Positions 25,065 through 38,300 of a DNA stretch of 64,000 bases are shown here, one piece after another. The notes under the pieces are model-generated. The model was given only the letters and a program-made list of their open reading frames with translations, did no database searches and was not told the origin of the DNA. The translations under genes were made by a program, and so were the position numbers. Position 1 is the first letter of the stretch, and every line of letters starts with the position of its first letter. Source of the stretch: Stegostoma tigrinum (lineage: Eukaryota); assembly GCF_030684315.1 (NCBI RefSeq), contig NC_081401.1, positions 2,676,582 to 2,740,581 of the forward strand, written 5' to 3'.

Positions 25065-28000
25065 CTGTGGTTGTTGACTTTCTCGCCGAGCTGGTGTGTT
25101 TTCATTCAGAAATCTCATTACCATGCAAGGCGACATCATCAGCAGAGCCTCCGATGAATCGATGTTCTACGACTATGCATGGGGTTTATATTCTTGAGTC
25201 CAATATGTTGAGTAGTGTCATTTCTGGTTTGATCTGTAGGGTTTTGTATATGGGGTCCAATTCTATATGTATTTTGAATGCATTCTGGTTGGAAAATCAT
25301 GCCAGTAGGAATTTGCATGTGTCTTACAAGTCGTAATGTCAGTCCAGATGTGTTCTTGACTTACAGCAATTTCGCCGGTGTGCTGGGACGCACTGTGAAC
25401 TCCTGTTGCTGTCTGCTAATCTGTTGCATGCTGTAATGACAAACGTGTTGTCTACATACCGGATCTGCACTTTAGTTTGGAAGTGAGGAAGAGTGATGCG
25501 TTCTAGTCTTTGCTTGTCTTCTTCTGCAGTGAGTCCTGAGGTGGGTGAGCACATTTGCGTCCTGATGATCTGTTTGTGTACTTGATGATTAAATACGAAC
25601 TGAGTCGTGAAGCACATATCTTGTAGTTTCAGTAAGTTTTAATTCCTTATATTGAGCTTCTGGGCTGTGTTGTTACTTCCTCCAGTCATATGGCCACTGT
25701 TTCTTTGGCTCGTGGGATCTTGATTTATGTGAACAAAGCTGTGACAAGAAAAAATACCATAATTTCGTCATCTCTGATTTTTCTGATTTTGAGGGCATGA
25801 AGGAAATGGTGGGTTGAGGGGATGGAATGGATTGATCCGTGATACCTGTGATTCCATTCTCTTGTCGGTCCTTGGCCAGTTTGTATGAAGGTGTGTCTTG
25901 TCGGAAAACAATGAGTCTGATGGGAATGTCTGGCTTCTGTACTTTAGGAAGTCCAGAGAAGCGTGTGTTGTTCATGCCTTCCGGTTTCATTCTCATGTAG
26001 TGTGTCTTGGTTATCTGTCCTGCACCCATTGTCCCCTCAGAGTCTGGGAGATCCTTTTCATTGGTGAGGCGTTAGGTCTGTCACCAAATGTTCATCAATG
26101 TTTCTTTCTGCAAGCTATGCATGCAGGAAGGTGCTGATTGGTGATTGGGGTGAAGGCTTGCATCAGTGTAATCACCACTAACAAACAGTGGTTTGTGGAG
26201 GGTGAAGGCATTAGAAGTAATGTTAGCGAATTTGCTGATGACACAAAGTTGGGTGGCAGTGTGAAATGCTAGGAGGATGTTATTAGAATACAGGGTGACT
26301 TGGACAGGCTAGGTGAGTGTACAGATGCATGGCAGATGCAGTTTAATGTGGATCACAACGAGATCTAGGTGTTCTTGTACATCATTCAATGAAAGAAAGC
26401 ATGCAAGTACAGCAGATAGTGAAGAAAGCTAATAACATGCTGGCCTTCATCACGAGACAAATTGAGTATAGAAGCAAAGAGGTCCTCCTGCAGCTGTACA
26501 GGGCACTGGTGAGACTGCAACTGGAGTATTGTGTGCAGTTTTGGTCCCCCAATTTGAGGAAGGACATTTTTTGCTATTCAGGGAGTGCAGCGTTAGTTCA
26601 CAAGGTCAATTCCCGGAATGGCAGGACTATCATATGTTGAAAGATTGGAGCGACTGGGCTTGTATACTCTTGAGTTTAGAAGGATGAGAGGGGATCTGAT
26701 TGAGACGTATAAGATTATTAAGGGTTTGGACACAGTGGAGGCAGGAAGCATATTTCCGCTGATGTGTGAATCCAGGACCAGAGGACACAGTTTAAAAATA
26801 AGGGGTAGGCCATTTAGAACAGAGTTGAAGAAAAACTTCTTCACCCAGAGAGTGGTGGATATATGGAATGCTCCGCCCCAGAAGGCAGTGGCGACCAACT
26901 CTCTGGAGGCTATCAAGAAAGAGATAGGCAGAGCTCTTACAGATCGTGGAATCAAGGGTTATGGGGATAAGGCAGGAACAGGAGACTGATTGTGGATGAT
27001 CAGACATGATCATAACGAATGGTGGTGCTGGCTCAAAGGGCCGAATGGCCTACTCCAGCACCTATTGGCTATTGTCTATTGCCTATGTGCTTTCTTATTA
27101 CAATCTGATTTGTTCACAATGATAGTCATGCACCATTTCGTCTCTTGTAAGATTATGACAATTTGTTTTTCTTGGGATTATTTGTTGCTTTTCTCTCTGA
27201 TGTGATTATATTGTCCTCTTTGTTCTTTATCTGTCGTGTGGGGACTATAGTTTGTTGGATGACTTGTTGTGTTTTGTTCGTGAGTCCGTTGTCTTTGAAT
27301 GTAATCTCCAGGGCTGTCATGGAATCTGCTCTGTTCACATCCTTGCAGTCATATTTCAGCCCATATAATCGGGCAGCTTTCTCAGTTTCGGTAAATTTTG
27401 TGCTGGATAGTTTTCTTGTCCAAGTGCCCAGCTTGTTGTTGCTCTTGTCATTGTGGTGGTTCAGTTTGGTGAGTTTCTCCTGTAACACGTGTCTCTTCTT
27501 CTTTTTGGATTTGTGTTGATTGATGATGATGTCCTGATCTGGGGTTGTAGTACACTACTAGTCAGTCGTGTTCAGATACATTGATTTTGGTCAAGCGTTT
27601 CCCATTTGTTCCTTAGGTATCAGTATGGGCATCATGAATCATTGTCTGTTCACGCTGCGCCTGTTATGTTCTGCTATTTTATTTGCCAGTGGGTTGTTGA
27701 ATGGATCATGTATTTGGGGCAGTACCTGGTTCCTTCGGCATTTTTGGAAAAAGTGATGATTTCACGGGTAGTGCTCAGTAGGTTGGGGAAGGTATGCCAT
27801 TGTCGGGCAATTATTACTGTGTTGTTCCTGCAGGTGTTTAAAGTTGTGGTAAAATTGTGCGGCTCGGTTGTGGCTGACGTTGTTGTCTTGATAGCCGAAC
27901 TGGCTTGTTCTCGTTCAGACTTTTCGTCATCATGCTAGGCGATATGATCAGTGGAGCCTCTGTTGGAACAAAGTTATTCGACTTTACTTTGAATCTTTAT

Positions 28001-28885
28001 TGTTTTGTCTATTTTGAGTTGAATTGTGATTTGTACGGGTGTGTATAGGGGGTCCAACTCAAAGTTTTTGTTGCTGGCATTACTTGTGGAGAACCATGCC
28101 ACTAGGATTTCCTGTATGTGCCTATAACTAGCTTGGGTTACTATGGTGACTTTGTCCCAGTTCACCTGACAGGCTTCATTGCCTGAGTTTACTGATGCTT
28201 CAGGAGACTTTGTCATGCCATTTTTCTGCTCATTGATGTTCATGTATTCTGTTGGCTATTTTGCTTCCAATCTGGCCGATACAATGTTCGTGGCAGTTGC
28301 TGTGTGACAATTTGTAGGACACCTTGTTTCTGCATGTTGTTGGAGTGTGGTCTTTAATCCTTGTAAGTGTTTGTCTTGGAGTGATTGTGTTCTTGTCGGC
28401 TAACATGATTCCTAGTGGCCTTCGAGGTCTAGTTGTCACTTCCAACATGTTCTTGAAATAAGCCAGTGTGGCTAGTCTGTTGGAACGTACTGTACTGCCT
28501 TGTTGCCTGTTTATTAGGCATCTATTGCTGAGTTGGTGGGAATATCAGTTTAAGGCAAGAATTTTGTGTCTTTTTTTTTTCTCTCTCTCTTGCGCATTTC
28601 TGGAGTGTTGCATTTGCCCTGACAGTTTTAAGCTGTGGCCTAATGCAGCTTTGTTTCTGGGTGTTGAGATTGTTATTTTGGAAGGTGAGGATTTGATCAG
28701 TATGGTTTGCTTTTCTGGATTCTCAAGGTTGGAATGGTCCATTGGTCATTCTGGTTTCATGCTCATGCAGTCCACCTTGGTTATCTGTCCCAAATCCTGT
28801 CATCTGTTCTTTGTCCAGGTGGTTGTATTACCTCACTGCGGTGTTGGGTCTGTCACCACCAATTCGTAAGTCTGTGGGTTACCAC
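25065..28885 (-). mobile_element. Penelope-like element, second family, partial tandem with repeated hammerhead-bearing ends
   Basis: RT-like RFSGLPKVQKPDIPIRLIV and IRYVDNTFVI; GIY-YIG-like VSYKLSHSNCHEHCIGQIGSKIANRIHEHQ. Similar end segments at ~25070-25300 and ~27880-28110. Confidence 0.85.
26125..27084 (+). mobile_element. 5'-truncated CR1 inserted in the Penelope-like element (unit A only)
   Basis: FADDTK, LQLYRALVRLQLEYCVQFWSP, RGDLIETYKI, FFTQRVVDIWNA; (ctattg)-type tail. Empty site at ~54400. Confidence 0.92.
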
Positions 28886-28889
28886 TGAC

Positions 28890-29890
28890 TCAGAAACTGT
28901 ACTGGACATGTTATATCATTATAATGGCTAGGATCATGTTCGAAGAGCGAATTCTGCAACGAGTAACACACTTACAGCCTATCCCCAAAGTCTGAGCACC
29001 ATTGACAGGCACGTCAGGGATGTGAAGGAATATTCTGCACTTGCTGGGATTTGTGCATCTCCAAAATACGTCAGAAGGTCAAGACCATCCACGAGGAGAG
29101 AAAGAACAAAACAGTAGTTTGAATTTCAAAATGCCAAAAAAGTCAATTTCTTCCACGACTACAGGTCAGCAACAGTAATCGGAACTGTCTGCAAGTTAAG
29201 GATATTAAGGAGGATGTTAAGGCACAAAAAATACACTGAAGATCTTTAGACCGCACTTTAGACAAACTAAAAAACGCTATTAGTTGCAAGGGCAAGGGCG
29301 TGATGGGAGGCAATGGCGTAATATTATCACCAGAGTTTTAATCCAGGGACCCAGGTAAAGTTCTGCCTCCTGGCGTTCAAAACCTGTCACGGCAGCTGAT
29401 AGAATTTGAACTCAATAAATATCCGGTATTAAGAGTCTCATGATGACTATGAATTCGCTATCGGTTGTTGGAAAAACCCACCTGATTCACTGATGTCCTT
29501 TGGAGAAGGAAACTGCCATATGTACCTGTTCTGACCGACATCTGTTTCCAGAACCACAGCAATATGGTTGTCTCATAACTGGACTCTGGGCAGTTAGTAA
29601 TGGGCAATAACTGCGAGGCTAGCCAGCGATGTCCTCATCCGCTGAATTAAATTAAAAAAAAGGAAACTTCAGACATTGCACGTCACCCTCCAACTCATTT
29701 ATTTCCCTGACTTAGGCAAATATCGCTTCTCCTTTGGTATTGCTGTTTCAAAATCCTGAAACTCCCTCCTATTGTGGGGCATTGTGTGCCTACCAAAAGT
29801 ACATTGACTGCAGCAGTTCAAGAAGCAAGTGCACGACCACCTTCTCAATGACGGAGCTAGGAACGGGCAAAAAATGCTGAGAAACCAAGC
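28890..29890 (+). mobile_element. Old LINE (L2/CR1-clade) 3' fragment interrupted by a Deu-type SINE
   Basis: ccccaaagtctgagcaccattgacaggcacgtcagggatgtgaaggaatattctgcacttgctggg ... tcctgaaactccctcc...gactgcagcagttcaagaagc. Inverted paralog at ~51640-52620. Confidence 0.6.
29305..29662 (+). mobile_element. SacSINE1/DeuSINE-like SINE
   Basis: aaaaacccacctgattcactgatgtcctttggagaaggaaactgcc...ccacagcaatatggttgtctcataactgg...gggcaataa...A tail. Inverted paralog at ~51870-52225. Confidence 0.7.
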
Positions 29891-30439
29891 GCGCTGAAAA
29901 AAAATTGAGGGCCATGTAACAGACGAGATTGGTTGAGATTTTTCAACACATGACATCGTATATAGTTTCAGTGTGCAATCTGATCGCTGAGAGAAAACTG
30001 CAGTAGTACGTTCCGGAGAAGCAGGACATCGTTCAAAGTCAGTCAGAGCATGGAAGAGAGCACAGCAGAGCAGAGCTGATTCCAGAGGCCAAGCTCCAGA
30101 GGTGATATTAAAACTCAAAGTGTAATAGAGGATTGAATGCTTTAGGATTAGTTCTAGAGCCTGAGTGAATAGGATCCCGAGGGAAATAAATGATAATATC
30201 TGTATATATGGTTTGAAGTTGGACAGATAAATCCAGTACGATAAGAACAGATGGCACCTGAATTGGAGATGCACAATTATACTTACAAGTGGGCTTGTTA
30301 GTCAAACTTTTGTGGGTTTAAACAGTGTGGAAGAGGTTTGGGAAATAGCAGTAAATCAGCATCTGGTGCGATTGAAATGATCGAAGTTGAGTCAAGAAAG
30401 TGTACGAAGAAGAATTGGCAGTGCCGGGTTAATAAGCAC

Positions 30440-31115
30440 GACAGAATGAATAGCCTGAAGGCGGAGTCTTGTGGACCGCTTTGCAGAACACCTATGCTTG
30501 GCTCGCACTGAACAACTGCAACTCCCAGCCACTGAACCATTTCAACTCCACCTACCATTTCTCAGACGGCATGTCCACCCTGACCCTCCTGCAGTGCCAC
30601 AACAATGCTCCCCGAAGGTTGCAGGATAAGCCACTCATTTTCTGCGTGGGAGCCCTGCAGCCCAATGGTGGATTTCACAAGCTTCAAAATCTCCCCTCCC
30701 TCTAATGCATCCCAAAACCAGCCCAGCTCGTCCTCACCTCCCTCACCTGTCCTTCCTGCCATCTATCCCCTCCTCCCATCCCAAGCCCTACCCCCATCTC
30801 CTCCGTACTAACCTCATCCCGCCCTCCAAATCTGTCCGTCCTCCCGGGACTGACCTATCTCCTCCATACCTCCCCACCTATACTCACATTTACTGGCTCC
30901 ATCCCTTTCTCTTTGACTTGTCTGCCTCCTCTCTACATATCTTCTTCTCTATCCAACTTCTATCCGCCTCCCCTCTCTCCTTCTCTATTTCAGTACCCCA
31001 TTTCCCCTCCCCCATTTCTGAAGATTGGTCTAGGCCCAAAATGTCAGCCTTCCAGGTCCTATGATGCTGCTGGGTCTGCTGTGTTCATCCACCTCTACAC
31101 CTTCTTGTCTTGGAT
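30440..31115 (+). mobile_element. Penelope-like 3' fragment (GIY-YIG end plus tail)
   Basis: gaccgctttgcagaacacc...catttcaactcc...ctgaagattggtctaggcccaaaatgtcag. Paralog at ~58245-58925. Confidence 0.8.
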
Positions 31116-31119
31116 AGTC

Positions 31120-34100
31120 TGAAGCGTGTTCTTTTAATGGAATGAGTACAATGCAGCAGATTATTTCAGAGCCTGGATGAGTACATGGGACAATAATGTG
31201 GTAGGCGTTACAGAAATTTATTTGCGAGAAGGATTGGTTGCGGGGTGCAGGGAAACTTGCAGCTCAACATTCCAGGGTTTAGATGTTTCAGGCGAACTAG
31301 AGGTGAGTGTGAAATCCATTGGGAAGCATGTTACTTATTCATGCGAAAGTCACATGCATACAAAGTGAAGGCACAACCTCGCTCAGCCAGCAATGCCATA
31401 TGACTAGATGTTAGGAATAAGAAAGATACAATCACTATAATGGAGTTACATGACAAGCCTCCCAGTAGACAGTGGTAGATAAAAAAAAACATGAAAAAGA
31501 TCATGGAAAGATGTAAAAACAGCAGATTTATTGCTGTGGGTAATTTTAATTTCCTCAACATTGACTAGAACGCCCATTGTTTAAACAGTTAATATTCGGC
31601 AGAATTTGTTCGATGCATCCAGAGAGGTTTCAGGAAACAGTTTGCAGATACTCCAACTTATGGAAAGGTTGCATCAGAAATTCAACTGGGGAGTGAGCCC
31701 AGCCAGATGATCACAGTTTCAATGGAGAAGCATTTTGGGAGCAGCAATCATAATTCTAAAAGTTTTAAGATAGTTTTGGGTAAGCTTATGTCTTGTTCTC
31801 AGGTTGAATGCTAAATTGGTGTAGGGTAATTACAGAATATGAAGCTCGAAGTAGAAAAAAAATAGAACGAAGGCGGCTGTTTGTGTGTAAATCCACAACA
31901 CACAAATGTGAATCTTTTAAAGACGGTTTGATAAGTGCTCATTATCTGTATCCTCCTATAAAGGTGAAAGATAAGGATCACAAGATTCTGGAAACTTAGG
32001 TGACTAGAGATATTGAAAGGTTATTCGAAAGGAAACAGAAAACACATGTCAGTTTTAAGAATCTGAGTTAAAACAGATCCGAGGGCGGTGATGGAAGCAG
32101 ATCTGAGTTTAATCAAGAAATTGTGAAGGATGGAAGTGGACATGAAATGTCAATGGCAAGTAGTATTAAGGTGTATCCCAAGGCATTTTATGCAAATAAT
32201 GAGAGCAAGGGGGTAGCCATGGAAAGTTTTTAATTATTGCGTGGAGCCACAGAAAGTGCATGAGGTCTTTGATGAATACTCACATTAATTCAAGAAGGAA
32301 AGTGACATGAAAGATGATAATGTTAGTGACGGGCATGCTGGTATTCTGGGGCATGTCGATTTTAACAATTACGTAGTGTTGGGTATCTTGAAAAGTATTA
32401 AGGCCTGATGGGATATATCTCATAATATTGAAAGTGATAAGGGAGTCAAGTGAGATGAGAGGGAACAGGTTATTTTATGTAGAGAGAGATAATGGGAACT
32501 GCAGATGCTGGAGAATCCAAGACAACAAAATATGAGGCTGGATGAACACAGCAGGCCAAGCAGCATCTCAGGAGCACAAAAGCTGACGTTTCGGGCCTAG
32601 ACCCTTCATCAGAGAGGTTATTTAAGTAGACAGGGCGTGTTACTGTTGGTTCCTGCAAACAGGGAAGTTGGTAGAAACAGATGCAATAGCAATGTTAAAA
32701 AATGCATTTAGGCACACACTTGGACAGCAAGGGAATAGAGAGAGATGCACCATCTGCAGGCAGGCGAGTTCAATTAAGAAACATATCATGATTGGCACGA
32801 ACATTATGAGCCAAGAGGTTTTTCTTTCAACTCAACGATAAAATGTACAAAACAACATTGACAATACAGCATTGACCATCTGTCTTCCACAGGGATCAGT
32901 GCTGGGTTCACCTTTGTTTGTCATTTATTTAAATGGTTTAGATGAGTGAATAGAAAGTATAGTTAATAAGCTTGTGGATAACACCATGCTTCGCGGTATG
33001 GTATAAATTAAAGAAGGTTAATGAATGTTATAAATAAATCTTGATTAACTGCCTCAATGGTCTGACGTTTGGCAGACAGAGTTTAACCTGGCTAACTGCG
33101 AGTCATTGTATTTTGATAAAAATCAACAGAGGCAAGAGTCACCCATTTAAAATATGACCTTGTATACTGTTTCAGTACAGAGAGATAGTGGGTAAGGCAC
33201 ATAGTTCGTTGAAGTTTGCAACTCCCATAGATAGAGTGGTTAAGACAACATTTAGCACGTGTACCTTTATTGCTTCGACCTTCGGTTATAGGCATTGTGA
33301 CTTTATGTTGTGTTTGTACAGTATAATGGCATAGCTTATCCTGGAGTGCTGTTTCCAGTTGTGGGCTCTGTGTTGTCGGAATTGTCATCTTTAGCTGGAG
33401 AGGGTTCAGAAGAGATTTACCAGAATGTTGCTGGGAATTGAGTTTTTCAGTCAGATGGATAGGCGGAGACCTTTTTCATGGCAACGTAGGAGGGTGCGAT
33501 TTGACTTAATAGAGCTTTTTTTTTAAAAATTGTGAATGGTACGCATAAGTGAATGGAGCATGTCTATTGCCTCAGGTGGGGACGTTTTATAAGTGTTTTC
33601 TTTCGTTGGAGAGGAGTTCGTCTGCCCAGTCCTCTGAAAGTGAAGCCACAGGTAGACAAGGTAGTAAAGAAGCCTTTTGGCACAGTGGCCTACAATCAGC
33701 AAGGGCACTGACTGTAGAAGTTGGGAAGTTAAGTTGCAATTGTATGTTGGTGAGACTACATTATAGTGTTGCATTCAGTTTTAGTCAACTTTCTAAAAGG
33801 AAGAATGATCTTAAACTGGGAAGGGCACAAAAGGAATTTATGAGCATGTTGCCAGGACTCAAAGAATTGAGTTATCTGGAGAGGATGGAGAAGCTAGGAC
33901 TTTTTTTTTCTTTTGAGCAGAGAACACTGTAGGGGAAATCTTGCAAGAGTGCAAAAGATCACGAGAATCATAGAAAAGTTCAAGGCACTCAATCTTTTTC
34001 ACAGGGTTGGAGAATCAAGGACCAGAAGAAGGAACAAAGATAAATGAGAACCTGAGGGGCATCTGTTTTACAGAGAGGTTGATAAGAATACGGAATGAGC

Positions 34101-34520
34101 TGCCAGTGGAAGTGGTTGAAACAGGTACATTAACGACATTTTTTTAAAAAAGCATTGCGATGTGTTCACGGACAGTAAAGATTGAGAAGAACATGTTTGC
34201 AGTGCAGGGAATTGGAGGTAAGTGTGGTTGGACGTTTTGGTCGGCATGGAGCTGATTGGGATTTAGGACCTATCTCTGTGCTGTCGGCCACCATGACAAT
34301 AACTCTGTGACAGAGTGATTCGATCGGAATTTGTCGATACGAATACAGTTACACTGTTTAACAGGAATTTAGACAAGCACATCAGTAAGAAATTCTTGGA
34401 GGAATATGGGGCATGTGGAGGCAGATGGGAAAAGCTTAGTTTGACATTCCGGTCAGTTTGGGTGGCTTGCACTAAAAGGTCTGTTTCCGTGATATGTAAT
34501 TTTGCCATCCTGCTCTACTT
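31120..34520 (+). mobile_element. Cluster of old CR1 fragments (endonuclease, RT and 3' pieces)
   Basis: DNNVVGVTEIYL (endonuclease N-term), VGNFNF-like, cagggatcagtgctggg (QGSVLG), ERVQKRFT-like and tails. Heavily decayed. Confidence 0.7.
32488..32616 (-). mobile_element. Short Penelope-derived repeat with intact minimal hammerhead core
   Basis: gataatgggaactgcagatgctggagaatcc...ctgacgtttcgggcctagacccttcatcag (core 32583-32612), identical core to 23912-23941. Confidence 0.88.
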
Positions 34521-34822
34521 TCTGTGTGCAAACCAACATTTAATGAGGACTGTATTGTAGACGAGAATCAAACTGAAGTATTCAAGCACGATCTATTAAA
34601 AAAAAAACAAATACTCTGCAGTCAGCATTGGGATCTGATTGAAAGCTTCATATTTGACCATGGGCCATCATCGTGTATCGGAAGTTTGTTCCACATTCCA
34701 GGTATCTATCCTCCATAAATGCATATTGCAACATTATGATCGCATTTGACCCCAGTTGGTGTTGCACAGAAACTGTAATAAATGGCTTTTCACTGCTGTA
34801 GATAGGGGCCAGTGGCTCTCGA

Positions 34823-37800
34823 TCAGCAAAGGCAAAATTCATGGTCCGGCATATGGTTCAGCCTGTCACTGAACTGTGTGTGGGTGGTTCACCCGATCGA
34901 GGGGCAGCCTTAGGTTAGACACTGGACAAACACGCCCCACACCCGGAGTCTCACCAAATTGTTCACCACTCTGATGCTGTGAGACATGTGTCTCCGTGCA
35001 CTGGACGTTCACACCATGCCAGGGAGGATACATCGATCAACATTGAACCCCTCCTCCACTACGCAGTTTACCCAAAACTTACTCGATCACCCGCTTTAGA
35101 AGGTTGCCTGTGACAGAGAGAGACCGTGTGAGATAGAGAGAGATAGAGAGGGATGATGGCACAAAGAGAGAAAAATAAAGAAGTTTAGGCAGAAGGGGTG
35201 ATGGAAAGAGGGTTGAGAGGGAAGGAGCTATAGATGAGGACTGGAGAGGCTGAGAGTCATTTGGAGGCAGAATACAGAGGTAGGGTGAGAAAAAAGAAAC
35301 GAGAGAAAAGAATGACAGAGCATGAAGATTGAGGTAGGAAAGGCGAGAAGAAAGAAGAGTGCATCAAAATAGAGAATTTAGGTTTGGAAAAAAAAGATGC
35401 AATGTTATTGGGAGAGGCTGAGATAATGACGTTAGTTTGGGAATGGATGTCGGGTAGAACGGGGATAGGAGGATTAGTTTGTAATTGATACAGGACAATG
35501 GGGTTCGATGGGGATCAATAGAGAGCTATGGAGAGGATACAAAACATTGGGATCACTTTGTCAACTGAGACGGGGATGTGAGAAATTCAGAGGACTCATC
35601 ACCACATGAGTATTTGTTAGAATTCATCAAAACTACAGGTCTTTGCTGTAATCTTCTGGGGAGTGGTGGGGACAGTTAGTAACCTCCCCACGGGCACCAT
35701 GGCCTCAGAAACGACCTGCACTCTGATTTTGATGGGATTTATTTGGACCAGCTTCAGGCTTCTGTCTTCTTCTGTGCCAAAGAGGGAGTGATGGAAAGAG
35801 AGAGGGGAAGGAGAGACAAAGAGCCTCAAATGGCACCAGTAACTGCCACAGTGATGAAAAATAGGACACTAAGAGGTGCAGGAAGTGAGAGAGGAAGTAA
35901 GACTGAAAAACAGGCAAAGAGAGAGAATGTTGATATAGCTTCCATGATAGACAGGAGTAGTATGAGAAAGAGAGTGCAACCGTGAATGTGTGTGAGGGAC
36001 ATTGACACTGAATCAAAGAGTCAGTGACAGACAGAAGCACAATGAATATAGAGCAAGTACAAAGCTCAAAGCGATGATTAATTTATCACAACGCAAGTGT
36101 GGCAGGTTTGTCGGGGTGACGTGTTGTGTGAGGAGGATAGAGAGGACGACTGGTTCCTCTGACCACTGGAGCCACAAAAACAAAATGTAGCAAAATCATC
36201 CATTCATGTGACCATCCGCAACTCAGCAGGTCCATCTGTCCCATTCAAAAAATATGTGCCATTGTGTTAACGAGACGGGAATGGGACCCAGCACAAGGGG
36301 CCAGACAAAAAGACAACTGTGACAGCACAGTCCGACACGTGGGTAACTAAGATTGTGTTGTTAGTCAGTGATGGAACAAGAGAGTGGTGGCAAATTGGAT
36401 GTTTGGAATTGGATCTTGGAACGACAATAAAAGTGAGAGTGCAGCAGAGAGATTGGGGACTTGGAAATATTGGGTCGAGAGAGAAAGAGTAGAAGAGAGA
36501 GAGAGAGCGCAGAGGGGTGGGGTGTTGTGGGAGAATGAGATGGATGGGCCAGACAGACTCGTGCAACGACTCATTGAAAGGGAAGGAGTGTGTCTGACAG
36601 ATGAACGATGTCATTAAACACAAAAATTCAAGTCTACATCTTGCTTTGAGACAGAATTCAGACCCCAAATATGGACCCTTTTGGAAAGGCATTTCGTTTT
36701 CCTATGTCTTCTGCTCTCTGCCTCGCTGTCTCCATCTGGATTGTTCATGGCATCTGTGCCTGAGCAGCCGAGGCGTTCAGGCTATCTCCTCAATGAGGAG
36801 GGGAACGAGAATGTGACAGTCATGAAACATGACACCTGCATCATTGAACAGTCATGCACACTCAGAAGGAAACGTAGACTCGTCGGGGAGTTCGTCCTGA
36901 TCTCATTGCCTAGTGCCAGTTCTCCAAACGAAGAAACAATAGGGCTCGGTGGGAAGCGGTGGGAGAACAGGGGCTGATTGAAGTTGCAAATGGAGAATCG
37001 ACACTGGCTGTAATGAATGAAACGGTTTCCTTGTGTGCTATAAAAATCCAACTGCAGCCACAAACTAGAAGTGGAACAGTTGGCGTCCTGAAATTAAATA
37101 GCTCAGTAACACTAACGGGTTAGAGAGTGTGTGGGCGGGTTGGGGTGCGTTCCAGAGGGGTGAAGGGAAGCGTCAAAGCAGGCATGGAAAATGTTACTCT
37201 GGGGACTCTTTCCAGTGGAGTATATGTTATAGCAGCGGCAGCTACGTTACAGCCGGGGGAGTACATTCCTGTAGGGTGGCACGTTATAGCAGGTGTCATT
37301 CCAAGCAGTTCTTCGCTGCCCATTCCCGGGTTCAGGCACCAGATAATGGAGCATCTAGTGCAGTTCTCTGGTTTTCTCCTCGTACATAACCAATGTCCAA
37401 CCATGCTGTTAAGGGAGACAAGAACCAAAACACAAAAACGGCGCAAAGTGGAGAGATGAGAGTGTTGTCCCCTGGTCAGTCAGGTACAGAATCACACGAG
37501 GAAGGGGAAAGAACAGGGCGCGTCTGTGTGTCTGTGGAGGGGTGGTATGGAGCAGTGATCAATGCCAGTGCTGGGGGTGGTGTTTGGGAGAGACAGAGAG
37601 ACACAGGGAAAGACAGAGAGAAAGAGTGAGGTAGAATGAGAGAGGTAGAGAGATGTATCAATGAAGAAGGCAGGTTCACTGGATGACTCGGTGGGGCGAG
37701 CCGAATGCGAATGGCCGGGTTGTCAGTGGGCGAGTGTTGCGGAGCTGGGGAAGGGGCAACCTGACGGCATCTGTCTGTCTTTGTGTATCAACAAGTCTGC
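34823..37800 (-). pseudogene. Unidentified compact multi-exon pseudogene (minus strand)
   Basis: Repeated minus-strand pyrimidine-tract+CAG acceptors (exons starting at ~37796, 37405, 36166, 35771, 35107, 34976). The 25-nt exon 35083-35107 ends in GA|GTAAGT and joins 34976 in phase: NLLKRVIDIRVVNNLVRLRVWGVFVQCLT*GCPSIG*TTHTQFSDRLNHMPDHEFCLC*. Exon 37198-37405: HGWTLVMYEEKTRELH*MLHYLVPEPGNGQRRTAWNDTCYNVPPY... Confidence 0.5.
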
Positions 37801-38049
37801 AGCAGCAAAAACTCTCTCTTTCAGTTCTGTGTGCTCAGCCACTTTAAACTCAAGGAGAACAAGATTGAGCCCCCCTCAGCAGGTGCTGCAAGTTGTGACA
37901 TTGATAAGTTAGAGACCATAAGTGAGAGAACATACTTTCAATCACCCCGTGACTTTTGCAACCCAGATGAATAACTCAGTACAAAAAAGAACTATTGAGG
38001 AGAAACTTTCAAATCTGCAAGAAGGAATGCAAGAATTCTTGCAAACAAA

Positions 38050-38300
38050 GAATTGTTTTCGCCATCCTCCCTCCACACAGCTATTGGTTTGTTGGATGAA
38101 GTGCCAGAGGAGGTGCCAGATGCAGGCTCAGTTCCAGAGTTTAACAGACGTTTGGATAAGCATATTAATAGGAAACGTTTGGAGGGAAATGAATCAAACG
38201 CATGCAAGTGGGCCTTGTTTAATTTGCAACAATAGTAAACAAGGACTGCTTGTACCGAACTGTCTGTTTCCATACTGTACAACTCTCTGTCTCTATCACG
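38050..38300 (+). mobile_element. CR1 3' tail fragment
   Basis: LDEVPEEVPDAGSVPEFNRRLDKHINRKRLEG and ctgtttccatactgtacaactct tail. Confidence 0.65.

Larger units (their letters stand above)
254..31397 (+). repeat. Segmental tandem duplication, unit A
   Basis: Collinear by-eye matches to unit B: 254-1360~33613-34720; 1361-2270~41770-42637; 10832-11860 and 12978-13126~42640-43596; 13140-19585~44160-50145; 20360-20590~50150-50380; 22120-23690~50380-51405; 23692-30035~revcomp 51484-56895; 30065-31397~57870-59199. Confidence 0.93.

Noticed and set aside
36681-37459. Plus-strand ORFs of 98-110 aa
   Set aside because: Splice signals and pyrimidine tracts favour the minus strand; peptides are unrecognisable.
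37490-37530. DAPCSFPF resembling a fibronectin type II start
   Set aside because: Followed at once by a stop; remaining FN2 cysteines and aromatics are absent.
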